Source of the DNA: Oligoflexales bacterium
Lineage (GTDB): Bacteria > Bdellovibrionota_B > Oligoflexia > Oligoflexales > Bog-1112
Direction: 5' to 3'
NCBI GenBank assembly: GCA_045106415.1
Contig: JBGCEP010000025.1
Location: 1-64,000 of the forward strand
Length of the DNA stretch: 64,000 nt
The stretch's first letter is position 1, and each line of letters begins with the position of its first letter. Shown piece after piece: positions 41,643 to 51,870 of this stretch. Below the pieces are notes generated by a model, which saw only the letters and a list, made by a program, of their open reading frames with translations, did not search any database and was not told where the DNA came from. Position numbers and translations under genes: made by a program.

Positions 41643-42619
41643 GATTTCCTCACTTTCACTTGAATTCCGTCATCTGAAAATTTTTTATCTGTTTTTTTCC
41701 AGCCTAATGAAGTTAAAAGAGCTGATGGATGTTTCACAGATATTTTATCACCCATCATTAAAATCGCATCTTCACCACCAGCACCTGTAAATTTATAACT
41801 CCACTTCTTATCAACACCTTCACAGCTGTCCAGTTGATCAGCTACGCGTTGTGGATAATGAGGACTACCTTCAAAACATTGTCGATGCCGACCGCAGTCG
41901 ACATAACAATCCTCCCAGAGACCATGAGTTGACGCCTTTTCTAAAGACTCTGTCAAACGACGGGAAGCATCTTGCAACTTATCCCATCTTGACGGCTTGG
42001 TATCAAGCCATGCCATAGTATCTTTCATCACAGGTCCAGTTGGAGCACCTACTCCACCGCACCACAAGTGCAATTGATCTATCAATGGTTTCAAATCAAA
42101 TTTCTGGATCAGTCCAGGCCAAGACTGTTGATCGTGCAAATCTTCCATTTTAAGACAACCACCGTGATACTGAGTAATCACATCATACCCAGAAGCATGT
42201 TTTTGTGATTTACGTTGCCACTCCCAGGCAAGACGCAAGGGATCAAACTCCAAGTCAGCTAGTTTAGAAAATGCGCTTGCCACTGCGAGCCTTAAAGCTG
42301 ACGATGAGCCCATGCCATCTTCTACACAAATACTTGATTCGACTCGAAGGGTTCCACCGTTTTGTTTAGCTAAAGAAGCCACCTCCCAGAGACACGCTAA
42401 TAATGGTTCTTTAGCATGATCAGGGCAGTTTTCAAGAAGACTTAAGGTTCGAGGTTTTTTCCACAGTTCAGAACTCACAACCCAATGATTTGTGGGTTGT
42501 GTCTCTACGATCACTTTAAGCCCTGGCCCGACTGCTACAGATAAAACAGGGGCACCTTTAAGAGCGACATATTCACCCACAAGCATAACTTTACCTGGAG
42601 TTTGCACTTCAAGAAACAT
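41639..42619 (-). CDS. GHMP kinase (mevalonate or phosphomevalonate kinase)
   Basis: PGKVMLVGEY, GMGSSSA, SGYD, KFTGAGGED; operon context. Confidence 0.85.
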   Translation of the reverse strand: MFLEVQTPGKVMLVGEYVALKGAPVLSVAVGPGLKVIVETQPTNHWVVSSELWKKPRTLSLLENCPDHAKEPLLACLWEVASLAKQNGGTLRVESSICVEDGMGSSSALRLAVASAFSKLADLEFDPLRLAWEWQRKSQKHASGYDVITQYHGGCLKMEDLHDQQSWPGLIQKFDLKPLIDQLHLWCGGVGAPTGPVMKDTMAWLDTKPSRWDKLQDASRRLTESLEKASTHGLWEDCYVDCGRHRQCFEGSPHYPQRVADQLDSCEGVDKKWSYKFTGAGGEDAILMMGDKISVKHPSALLTSLGWKKTDKKFSDDGIQVKVRKS

Positions 42620-43899
42620 TAATGCCCCTCATCAGAGTAAGAATTCGGAACATTTTCGATTAAACGATCTTTTAGGTGATCAAGTTTTTCACAGCCTGAT
42701 GCCATCATTGCAATCTGCAGCGATGCTTTAAAAAATTCAAGTTCTTCGTGCACAGCTTCCTCAGATTTCATAGCTGCTTTCATAAGCGGCAAACCAATGC
42801 CACACATATCTGCTCCTAAGGCAACACCTTTCGCAATCATAAATCCATCACGAAGACCTCCTGTAGCGATCAAAGGCTCTGTTATATGATTCGACAAAGC
42901 TTTGATTCCATGAGCGGTTGGTATGCCCCAGTCTCTAAATGTTTGCCCTAGCCGTTGAACATGTTGACTCTGGGCTCTCAAACCTTCGATATGACCCCAC
43001 GAGGTCCCTCCTCGCCCTCCAACATCGAGAGCCTGGACCCCTACAGAAACAAGTTGTTGCGCTGACTTTAGATCAAGTCCACAACCCACTTCTTTAACAA
43101 CAACAGGGACATCTAAGTGATGGCAGATTTGACCAATCGCTTCTAAAACACCAACAAAAGAAGTATCTCCTTCGATTTGTACAAGCTCTTGAATAACATT
43201 AAGATGAATTGCTAAAGCATCAGCTTGAATCATATCGACAGCCCGCTTGCATTTATCAAGAGCATCTTTTCCGAGAATTTGAGCTAAACCCATATTTCCA
43301 ATAAGAAAGATATGAGGCTGTCTGTGCTTCACTTGAAAAACGGCAGAAAGACTTGGGTCTTCCACAGCAACACGTTGAGAACCAACTCCCATAGGAATTC
43401 CAAAAGCAGCAGCAGCACTTGCAAGACGCTCATTAATGTCTTGCCCTTGTTGCACTCCTCCTGTCATACCCGTTATAAGCATCGGCAATGCAAAACGCCG
43501 CCCTAAAAACATCTGTGTCATATCAAGCCGGTCTTTACTCAATCCACTAAGAGCATACGGCATCAAGGAATAATCACTAAACCCTGTATAGCGATCACTA
43601 CTTTCTACATCTTTTTTTTCGCAAATATGAAGGTGTTGCGCTTTTCTCAAAGATCCCATCAAACCCTCTGGTGGGTTTTCAAGTTTTAGAATACCGTCTT
43701 TATAAAGACCTTGATAAGAATACCCTGACACTTCTACTGAAATCTCTATATTTTCTGTTTCAGGTTGATTCTGCCACCGCAACTGCAAACCATTTGGCCC
43801 TAAACCTGTCATCACACCTTCACCTAGATTCGAGAAAAAAGTGATTGGCGGTTTTACATCAATCCATCCCATGAAAAGCAGCCTTTCTACAAATGACAC
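42619..43899 (-). CDS. fni: Type 2 isopentenyl-diphosphate isomerase with N-terminal extension
   Basis: RKAQHL, MTGG, MGVGSQR, HLNVIQE, VKEVGCG, GRGGTSW, WGIPT, TGGLR. Confidence 0.93.
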   Translation of the reverse strand: MSFVERLLFMGWIDVKPPITFFSNLGEGVMTGLGPNGLQLRWQNQPETENIEISVEVSGYSYQGLYKDGILKLENPPEGLMGSLRKAQHLHICEKKDVESSDRYTGFSDYSLMPYALSGLSKDRLDMTQMFLGRRFALPMLITGMTGGVQQGQDINERLASAAAAFGIPMGVGSQRVAVEDPSLSAVFQVKHRQPHIFLIGNMGLAQILGKDALDKCKRAVDMIQADALAIHLNVIQELVQIEGDTSFVGVLEAIGQICHHLDVPVVVKEVGCGLDLKSAQQLVSVGVQALDVGGRGGTSWGHIEGLRAQSQHVQRLGQTFRDWGIPTAHGIKALSNHITEPLIATGGLRDGFMIAKGVALGADMCGIGLPLMKAAMKSEEAVHEELEFFKASLQIAMMASGCEKLDHLKDRLIENVPNSYSDEGH

Positions 43900-43963
43900 T
43901 TAGGTCAAACTAGCAGGCACACGCTCCCTCGTCTAGTCACAAGCGGTAAAATATCGAAACACC

Positions 43964-44437
43964 CTAAACAGCTGGTACAATCACTTTTCCACTTCTTTCT
44001 ATAGGTAAACTCATAAGAAAAGCTTCAATGTGAGTTTCTAACGACCACGTGAGTTCCAAATGCTTCTGAGAAAACATCCAACCTTTAAAGACTTTAATAA
44101 CAAGCGACGGAGAAACCTCAACTAAGAAAGGAAAAGTTTTGGTTTCTTTGCTTGAAATTTGCACCTGCTCCGTATGACGACTTTCAGCCAACGTGTGACC
44201 TTGTGCATACAAGCGGCACGTCAAATTTGATGCAAAAATTTCAAAAGCATTGGGGTTTTGTATAGAAACATGAAAAAGTAGCTTTAAACCTGATAGACTC
44301 ACTGCCTGCGGTTGAACATCCACAACAGTGACCACAGGAGGCTCAATAAGTTGCTCTATCCCTTGTTTCAAGACAGAGCAACCTGCAGCCCCTAAGGCAT
44401 AAAAAACAAAAGCTATCTTCCAAATCAGATCTTTCAC
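43964..44437 (-). CDS. LEA type 2 / WHy-domain lipoprotein
   Basis: Lipobox AAGC; PVV and IQNPN motifs. Confidence 0.8.
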   Translation of the reverse strand: MKDLIWKIAFVFYALGAAGCSVLKQGIEQLIEPPVVTVVDVQPQAVSLSGLKLLFHVSIQNPNAFEIFASNLTCRLYAQGHTLAESRHTEQVQISSKETKTFPFLVEVSPSLVIKVFKGWMFSQKHLELTWSLETHIEAFLMSLPIERSGKVIVPAV

Positions 44438-44446
44438 AAAAACCTC

Positions 44447-44478
44447 TCGAGTTATTCTCTTTAAAAAGAATAACTCGA
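44447..44478 (-). terminator. Inverted repeat after lysK
   Basis: TCGAGTTATTCT-8nt-AGAATAACTCGA. Confidence 0.6.
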
Positions 44479-44492
44479 ATTTTCAGAAAGAA

Positions 44493-46094
44493 CTATTCAT
44501 TCCAAGGAGCGAGTATTTCCAACAATCTATCTTTTCCAATTTGTTGAAGAAAAGCCGGTAACCGAGGCCCTTTTTCCCTTTGTATCAACGCAAGGTAAAT
44601 CACTCTGAAAGCTTTTTTTGCGTCACACCCTACATCATGGATTGCAGCTTGCCAGATATGTTCATTTAATTCTTTTGTAGAAAAATCTTCTAAATGAAAC
44701 CCTGGATTTTGAATCATCCTCACAAGACCTTTTAGGGCTTGTGCTTCAAGATCATCGACAACAAGGTCTGCTGCATTTTTTCGAACTTGAAAACGAAATT
44801 GCTCTCCAGCCCAATGTTCTAACCAATGCAAGATACATTGTGAACGTTGGTAGAACTCTTGGCGGTCAGCCTCTGTTTTAATTTCATTTTTATAGAAACG
44901 CTCAATTGTTTGTTCGATATCACCTTCAAAAGTTTGCAACCTATCCATCAATTCACGGAATGGTGCTCTATAAACTCTTTCCTGAGGAAGTTCTGCGTTA
45001 TCGTCTAAAGAAAGTTCCCAATTCCTGCGGTTCACAGCCCACTTCTTTTGTGTTGAATCTTGCTCCCAGGCGTTTTTCTCTGAACGATCAAACTCATCAT
45101 AAATTTTGATCACATCTTCATCAAACGACAAGCTAAAATCATGATTCGGTCGATGCTGAGCGAAAATCCATCTTACTATTTGTGGCTGATAGACTGAAAG
45201 TATTTCCGACAGTGTATACAGACGCCCTGTTGAAGAAGACATCTTTCCTCCAACGCCTTTCATCATCACAAAATCGTATTGCTGATAAACTGGAGCGGCC
45301 TCTTCCCACAGAGTTTTTATCAGCTCAGCGCCTGTATCATAAGAGCCTCCTTGGCTCGAATGATCTTTACCACCTGGCTCAAAGTCAACTTTTTCATGAT
45401 GCCAACGCATCGGCCAATCTAATCTCCAACCTAATTTTATATGTCGAGACGTTCTTATATCAAAAGTTTCTTTATGGTCACAAGAGGCACAGTGATAGGA
45501 GTAGTTCCACTCTCCTTCGTAACGCTGTTCGTGCATTTCATCTTTTTCACACTTTGAGCAATAACAAGACGTCGGTAACCAATCTTCGCTTAAAGGCGTT
45601 GTTCTCGACTGATTCAAAACAGCTCGTACTTTATCGACAGATTCTAAAACATGTCGGATATGACCCGCATACGTTCCCTGACTATATAGACTTTCTTGAT
45701 ATAAATACTCTGGATCCATCCAAACACGTTTAAGCTCTTCTTCGAAAAGAGCTATCCGCCCAGATGAGTACGATTCTGTTTCTTCCCAAGGATCAGGTAT
45801 TCGTGCGATAGGCTTTCGCAAGTAAGGCTCAAACTTTTTAGGATCAGGCAAATTTTCTGGAACTTTACGAAAAGTATCAAAATTATCCCAACTATAAATA
45901 AAGCGAACTTTTTTACCAAGTTTTCGAAGAGCTCTCGCAACAAGATCCACAGTAATCACTTCACGAAAATTACCAATATGAACCATTCCACTGGGTGTGA
46001 TCCCACTTGCAACAACGTATTCTTCTTTATCACCCCGTTGTGCAATCACTCGCACAGCAGTCGTATCGGCCCAATGAGGACTTAATGGCTTCAT
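44493..46094 (-). CDS. lysK: Class I lysyl-tRNA synthetase
   Basis: HWAD, SGITPSGMVHIGN, WRLDWPMRW, FEPGGKDH, KMSSS, GPRL. Confidence 0.95.
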   Translation of the reverse strand: MKPLSPHWADTTAVRVIAQRGDKEEYVVASGITPSGMVHIGNFREVITVDLVARALRKLGKKVRFIYSWDNFDTFRKVPENLPDPKKFEPYLRKPIARIPDPWEETESYSSGRIALFEEELKRVWMDPEYLYQESLYSQGTYAGHIRHVLESVDKVRAVLNQSRTTPLSEDWLPTSCYCSKCEKDEMHEQRYEGEWNYSYHCASCDHKETFDIRTSRHIKLGWRLDWPMRWHHEKVDFEPGGKDHSSQGGSYDTGAELIKTLWEEAAPVYQQYDFVMMKGVGGKMSSSTGRLYTLSEILSVYQPQIVRWIFAQHRPNHDFSLSFDEDVIKIYDEFDRSEKNAWEQDSTQKKWAVNRRNWELSLDDNAELPQERVYRAPFRELMDRLQTFEGDIEQTIERFYKNEIKTEADRQEFYQRSQCILHWLEHWAGEQFRFQVRKNAADLVVDDLEAQALKGLVRMIQNPGFHLEDFSTKELNEHIWQAAIHDVGCDAKKAFRVIYLALIQREKGPRLPAFLQQIGKDRLLEILAPWNE

Positions 46095-46816
46095 TTTTTC
46101 TCCTTTACTTCAGTCACAATTTTTTCATGACATATACTTAAGAACTTTCGCTTTAAGCTCATATCTGAACTCTTTTCAAACCAAGGTTTGTCGCGATAAC
46201 CTTGTGTTTTTCGACCTATCATTTTCGCATAACGACCAGATTTCACTTCAGCCTGCAAAACACTTTTTCCACCCTCAGCAACCCACAAAGGAAGGCAGGC
46301 ACCATAGCACCATCCGACCATCACTTCCAGAGTTCCTACTTTTTGTCCAGAAAAACCGTCAACAAAAACCACGGCGTTTTCAGATGTAGGACGAATCAAC
46401 CCATCCCCAATCCGCCCTACATAAGCAGGAATTCCGTAATACCACACCAACACACACGCTGATTCCCATAAAAGACGCGTTGGCTTTCCTGTGACTCCTG
46501 CAATACGATAACCTTTACCATCTCGCAGACTTTGATCAACAAATTGTCTTGATTGGTCAGAAACTTCCAAGGAAAAATCACTCTCCCACATTTCAAGGTA
46601 AGATTTTCTCAGTTCTGTTAAACGGGCTAAGCGGCTTTTTAAAGAACAACGCCACATTCCTTCTGCAAGATTTAAAAAACCTTGCCCTTTGCAGCAAGGA
46701 ACATCAGCATCTTCTTTTAAGTCATAGTGTTCTTTACCATCAACAACACACAGTTCAATCATCTCTAATGAGATACTACCGTGGCGAACATGACAAGAAA
46801 TTGGGCGCATAAACAA
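46091..46816 (-). CDS. Hypothetical protein, translationally coupled to lysK
   Basis: 241 aa ORF whose stop overlaps the lysK start (ATGA). Confidence 0.65.
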   Translation of the reverse strand: MFMRPISCHVRHGSISLEMIELCVVDGKEHYDLKEDADVPCCKGQGFLNLAEGMWRCSLKSRLARLTELRKSYLEMWESDFSLEVSDQSRQFVDQSLRDGKGYRIAGVTGKPTRLLWESACVLVWYYGIPAYVGRIGDGLIRPTSENAVVFVDGFSGQKVGTLEVMVGWCYGACLPLWVAEGGKSVLQAEVKSGRYAKMIGRKTQGYRDKPWFEKSSDMSLKRKFLSICHEKIVTEVKEKK

Positions 46817-47019
46817 GCCTTCATGAATGAAGCTCCTCTTTAAAGCATAAAAAGAGGAGGCTTCATCTTAGAAAATCCTACCAGACAGTCAAGTAAAGAT
46901 CGAAAAAGACACGAATAACAATTATATTTTAAATATTTGACAATTAAAGACAACCCCGCGAGAGGAATCATGGTACATTTATCTGAACAACTCTTATTAA
47001 CATACTCTAAGGATAAGCA

Positions 47020-47520
47020 ATGCTTCGTTCTTACATACATTTTTTCATATTTTTATTCTTTTTTTCCTCTGCTATAACACCCCCTATTTTTGCACACCCG
47101 AACCTGGAAGCAGAAGAAGAACTATGCGCAATTTGTATTGACCCTTTAAGCTCTGAAGAAACAATACAAACTTCGTGCCAGCACTCATTTCATAAGTCTT
47201 GTTTAAAAGACTATATTGGCAACAACACCAAAAAACACCTGGTACAATATCTTTTCAAAGCAAACCGCACTCAATCTTTTATTGACCATCAAGATTGTCA
47301 ACATGAATGCCCCTTGTGCCGTTCACTCTTAAATGACAGAGCACACCGCGATCAATTCCAATTTCCCACCATGACTCCAAATTCTCAACGTTCAAAACTT
47401 ATTTTTTGGTATAACGGAAGATATTCAGGCGAAATCAAGCGCAAATGGCTCAAAAATAAAAGTCAGTCTCGATGCACAAAAGACGTGGACCTTATATGGG
47501 AACACATCGACAAGACATAG
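47020..47520 (+). CDS. Secreted RING-H2 domain protein
   Basis: AAGGA RBS; signal peptide; CAIC...CQHSFHKSC...CPLCR. Confidence 0.82.
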   Translation: MLRSYIHFFIFLFFFSSAITPPIFAHPNLEAEEELCAICIDPLSSEETIQTSCQHSFHKSCLKDYIGNNTKKHLVQYLFKANRTQSFIDHQDCQHECPLCRSLLNDRAHRDQFQFPTMTPNSQRSKLIFWYNGRYSGEIKRKWLKNKSQSRCTKDVDLIWEHIDKT

Positions 47521-47741
47521 ACATTATTCAACGATTTTTTTTATAACCCAGACACTTTTCGTTACGAAAAATGCCTGGGGATCTTTTTTTATCATTTTTT
47601 TTATCATCATCAACTCACTGAAATAATTAACGATGTGGATTCTTCTTGCATTACTGACGATATCAAGATAGTTTTTGCACCCACAAAACATACCTTATTC
47701 TGGAATAAGGTCGATGAGGAGAGACTTCATTCAATCTCCAC

Positions 47742-47775
47742 ACCTCGCTTCAAAGAGAAGCGCGAGGTTTTTTTT
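47742..47775 (+). terminator. Intrinsic terminator in the leader upstream of the MFS gene
   Basis: ACCTCGCTTC-loop-GAAGCGCGAGGT followed by a T run. Confidence 0.7.
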
Positions 47776-47861
47776 GTGCTGAGTATATAAAAATGAAGCT
47801 GGAGGCTTTATAAAGCACCTTGTTTAGTTAGGTCCCTACTGTTTATTACCACGGAGATTCC

Positions 47862-49178
47862 ATGCCCCAATCCTACACTCCAAGATCCCCCTGGCACTCG
47901 TGGGCCATGATTTTTTGTTCTGCACTTTTTTATGCATTTCAATATATTGTCCGCATGGCACCGGCTGTGATGACAGATGAGCTTAGTCTCGAACTTCATG
48001 TTGACGCGACTCAACTTGGTATTCTTTCATCTTTATTTTATTATGCGTATGCTCCAGCCTTGATACCTCTAGGGCTTGCTATGGACCGCCTTGGAGTAAA
48101 AAGGCTGATACCAGCAGCGGCAGGTCTTTGCGCTGTCGGCTGCTTGCTATTCACCGCCTCAACGTCTTTAATGACAGCTTGCCTAGCACGGTTTTGTATG
48201 GGCTTAGGAGCAGCTGGAGCTTTCCTAGGAACTTTAAAGCTTGGTACCGTTATTCTTCCTGTCGAACAACTTACAAAAGTTGTTGCTATCACTATGCTGT
48301 CAGGGACCATGGGCGCTGTTCTCAGTGGCAGCCCCCTAGAATGGACTCTGCAATTAATGGGGTGGCGTGAAACGATGCTGATAATAGGAATCAGCGGAGT
48401 CATTCTCGCTGGCTTTTTGCTATTTTCCCTCCGCCACCTCCCTGACCCTAAGGCACAAAACACTTCTATTTTAGCTGGTCTCAAAAGAGTTATGTGCAGT
48501 GGAGAAAGCTGGATCCTAGCTCTTTACGGTATGCTTATGTATATGCCTCTGCCTGTGATTGGTGATCTCTGGGGCATTTCTTTCCTTGAGCGAATGTATC
48601 CCATACAAGAAATTGTTGCTGCTACATTTATTGGCTGTATGTTTGTAGGAGTCTCAATAGGAAGCCCTGTCTTTGCAGCAATTTCAGACAAGATGCGCAG
48701 CCGCAAATGGCCTATGGTTTTTGGAGCAGCTGGTAATCTTCTCATTTTCATCATCATCATCTGGGTCCCTATTTCTCCCAGTTTGATGTACCTCATGTTT
48801 TTCTTCGCTGGATTTTGTTTTAGCTCAAAAACTCTTTGTTTTCCTTCTATTTGCGAATGTTTTTCACCCAAAGACAGCGGTGCAGCCATCAGTTTTGTAA
48901 ATACAAACATCATGCTCAGCGGTGTCATCGGCCTTCCCTTGGCAGGCTGGCTTCTCGACCGAAGTCAGAAAAGCAATAGTTCTGTAGAGGCCTTATCAAA
49001 CAGCATCTCAAGCATGTCGCAATACACTCTTGAGGATTTCCAATACGCGCTTGCTCTTATCCCTGCTGGCCTCGCCGTTGCCCTTGCACTGAGCTTATTC
49101 TTAAAAGAGACCTTCCAACGACCAACAGTTGAAGAAGAAGTTGATGGTTTCCGCCCACAAGATCAGCAGCAGCCCTAA
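47862..49178 (+). CDS. MFS transporter
   Basis: About 12 TM helices; GLAMDRLGVKR and SDKMRSRK motif A copies. Confidence 0.92.
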   Translation: MPQSYTPRSPWHSWAMIFCSALFYAFQYIVRMAPAVMTDELSLELHVDATQLGILSSLFYYAYAPALIPLGLAMDRLGVKRLIPAAAGLCAVGCLLFTASTSLMTACLARFCMGLGAAGAFLGTLKLGTVILPVEQLTKVVAITMLSGTMGAVLSGSPLEWTLQLMGWRETMLIIGISGVILAGFLLFSLRHLPDPKAQNTSILAGLKRVMCSGESWILALYGMLMYMPLPVIGDLWGISFLERMYPIQEIVAATFIGCMFVGVSIGSPVFAAISDKMRSRKWPMVFGAAGNLLIFIIIIWVPISPSLMYLMFFFAGFCFSSKTLCFPSICECFSPKDSGAAISFVNTNIMLSGVIGLPLAGWLLDRSQKSNSSVEALSNSISSMSQYTLEDFQYALALIPAGLAVALALSLFLKETFQRPTVEEEVDGFRPQDQQQP

Positions 49179-49345
49179 CTTAATGAACCCATCTTTGAAT
49201 TTACAGTCATCTTTTTGGCTGTAAATACTCATACCTTCAGTAAAAACTACAGATTCTTCCTATCAGCGACATCCTCTTTTTGCCCTATCATTAAAGATGA
49301 CAATTTACAAATAAACGCGTGCAAGAACGTAAACGAGGAGTCTGC

Positions 49346-51775
49346 ATGAGGAAATCCAGCCTTGGATTGCTATGGGCCATCTCGTCAACCGCAATGGGGT
49401 TTGTAGCCCCATCAAAGTTGACCAGTAAGCATAGCTCACTACCAGAACAAAATGAATATGTATTGAGAATCTCAACATCCGGTGCTTATACCCCATGGGA
49501 AAAAGACCCAAGCATCCTCATCAGGGAAGACTCACTCAACCAACAACCAAGAGTTATGGTTGGTGAATCTCTCGCTTTTTCTCCAAGTCGCAGACTCAAA
49601 GACTTTACAAATACAGCTGAATCTTTCTTAGAGAGCCACGCATCTTTATTTGGTACAAACCCTTCATCATTAAAACTTGATACAAACTCTATTCTAAGCA
49701 CATCTAAAGTCACGACGTTTCGATATCACGTCTATCGAGGAGAATACCTCATTCAAGACGCAGAAGTCGTGTTTAGGTTCCGAGGCACACAACTATCTCA
49801 AGTCATCAACCATACTTTTTCGGAAGTGACGACACCAAGTTTCGACAGAAAATCCAACTTAAATGAAACCGCACAAAAAATCATGAGCGGCTTTAGCATT
49901 CTTGCCAACAACCAACCTCGGCTCCGAGTTGTTGCTACATCAGCTGGCTACACAATGGTTCCTATTGAAGAGTACAAAAGTCAAACAAAAGACGGCCACA
50001 ACTACACCCTTCAACTTGATAGTCAAACAGGCAAAGTCTTTGAATTTCAAGACAGTCGTTTATTTCACAACGGAAGTGCAAAAATCGACACTTATCCTCG
50101 TTGGTACACAGACGACATTGGTGGTCGAGCGTACTCATCAGGAAAAGTCAGACTTACTAACGGTCAACAGGTCTCAACAAATCGTAACGGTCAATTCTCA
50201 GCTGGTGAAAGCGAACCTTCTCTGCAAGGTTTAAAAGGTTCTCACACACAAATCTTAAACTCCAGCGGATCTGAAGTCGGTGTTTCAGCATCTTTTCTTG
50301 AAGGAGAGTGGGATTTACACCTCAAACATGAAGCTAGAGATCAGCCTTGGAAAGATCCAATTACCGCACAAAGCATGGCCTATCATCACATTGACGACAT
50401 TGTGACATATGCAAAACAATGGATTCCAAATGAAGATTGGTTCAATCGCCCACTCACTGCAAACGTCAATTTAAACAGCTACTGTAATGCTTACTGGAAT
50501 GGCGATAGTGTCAATTTCTTTTCAGGAAACAACGACTGCGCAAACACAGCTCTCATCTCAGATGTTATCTTTCATGAATGGGGACATGGGCTTGACGACA
50601 ACACCGGTGGCATTGAAGACAGAGCTTTCTCTGAAGGTTATGGCGATATTATTTCGCTTATTAGAACACATTCGCCCGTTCTAGGTATTGGTTTTCTTCT
50701 ACCTGATTACGGTTCTGTAAGAGACCTCCGCGACGACAAAAAATATCCTGACGATCGCGGAGAAGAGCATTCAGAAGGGCTTATTATTGGCTCCACGTTT
50801 TGGGACTTGTTTGAATCACTAGAGAATCTATACGGCGCTGAAAAAACAGAGAAGATCCTTGCAAAGTACGCATTCCAAATGATTTACAGTGCGCGCACTT
50901 ATCTCGACGTCTACGATGCCGTTCTTTTCTTAGACGACAACGACAGTGATCTCACAAACGGAACTCCTCATCAATGCTTACTAAACTCCGTCTTCGAAAA
51001 ACATGGACTCGCAGACGCGGACTTAACATGCCAATTCGCGGGTCTTTCTTCCCCACAAGTTGAAGACAAAGGCGGAGACAATGATGGTATTGCTGAACCT
51101 GGGGAATGGGTTTCTCTGGCTCCATTTCTTGAAAACCGCACAAACAACACCTTAAGAGACCTCACTGGACTCGTTCATACAAGCTCCCCTGCTGTTGAAA
51201 GTGTTGAAAATGAAATGGTATGGGAAAGTGTTGCTCCACACACTAAGAAAAAGCCCAACGAAAAAGCGAAAATCAGAATCAGCTCTCAAGCAGTTTGTGG
51301 CTCTAAGATTAGCGGCAACATCCAACTCCAAGGTGGTATACGGGTATTGTTCCAACCTTTCAATATCCAGGTTGGACAAGAGAAAGGTTTTTTTGAAAGC
51401 TGGAGCGCTACAAACCTTCCTAAAAAAATCCGCGATATGAGTACTTTAGAAACACCGATCACAGTTGAGGGCGAGCAATGGGATAGCAACCCGACAGTGC
51501 AAACTCTTAAGGTGAACGCTTCCATTAATCACACCTATCCAAGAGATCTTTCTATTAAATTAGTCAGCCCACAAGGACAGCAACTTGTTCTATTCTCCGG
51601 AAACGGTGGTTCTAGAAACTCTGTCAAAATTCAAAGAACTTTCGACCTCAGCGACAAGAGCATGACTGGTCGTGGTCAGTGGAAACTGCTCACTACAGAC
51701 CAAGCAAGGCGTGACGAAGGAACACTCGAAAGCTTCTCAATGACAGCAAAGCCATCATTATTCGTATGTGAATAA
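49346..51775 (+). CDS. Secreted zinc metallopeptidase (M4/M36-like) with propeptide and proprotein-convertase P domain
   Basis: Signal; CNAYWNG, HEWGH, SEGYGD; HTYPRDLSIKLVSPQG and GQWKL in P domain; ATG after GAGGAG. Confidence 0.85.
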   Translation: MRKSSLGLLWAISSTAMGFVAPSKLTSKHSSLPEQNEYVLRISTSGAYTPWEKDPSILIREDSLNQQPRVMVGESLAFSPSRRLKDFTNTAESFLESHASLFGTNPSSLKLDTNSILSTSKVTTFRYHVYRGEYLIQDAEVVFRFRGTQLSQVINHTFSEVTTPSFDRKSNLNETAQKIMSGFSILANNQPRLRVVATSAGYTMVPIEEYKSQTKDGHNYTLQLDSQTGKVFEFQDSRLFHNGSAKIDTYPRWYTDDIGGRAYSSGKVRLTNGQQVSTNRNGQFSAGESEPSLQGLKGSHTQILNSSGSEVGVSASFLEGEWDLHLKHEARDQPWKDPITAQSMAYHHIDDIVTYAKQWIPNEDWFNRPLTANVNLNSYCNAYWNGDSVNFFSGNNDCANTALISDVIFHEWGHGLDDNTGGIEDRAFSEGYGDIISLIRTHSPVLGIGFLLPDYGSVRDLRDDKKYPDDRGEEHSEGLIIGSTFWDLFESLENLYGAEKTEKILAKYAFQMIYSARTYLDVYDAVLFLDDNDSDLTNGTPHQCLLNSVFEKHGLADADLTCQFAGLSSPQVEDKGGDNDGIAEPGEWVSLAPFLENRTNNTLRDLTGLVHTSSPAVESVENEMVWESVAPHTKKKPNEKAKIRISSQAVCGSKISGNIQLQGGIRVLFQPFNIQVGQEKGFFESWSATNLPKKIRDMSTLETPITVEGEQWDSNPTVQTLKVNASINHTYPRDLSIKLVSPQGQQLVLFSGNGGSRNSVKIQRTFDLSDKSMTGRGQWKLLTTDQARRDEGTLESFSMTAKPSLFVCE

Positions 51776-51786
51776 TCTCTAAACAT

Positions 51787-51820
51787 AAAAAAGAGAGGGA
51801 GATATCAACCCTCTCTTTTT
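51787..51820. terminator. Bidirectional terminator
   Basis: AAAAAGAGAGGG-loop-CCCTCTCTTTTT between convergent genes. Confidence 0.8.
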
Positions 51821-51870
51821 ATCATTTTTTTATCCTTTTCAAGATTTTCAATTCACATCAGAAAAAAGAC

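Noticed and set aside
45182..45733. 183-aa antisense ORF and similar shadow ORFs (40778..41206, 48041..48484, 60526..61029)
   Set aside because: Fully overlap well-supported genes and have no motifs
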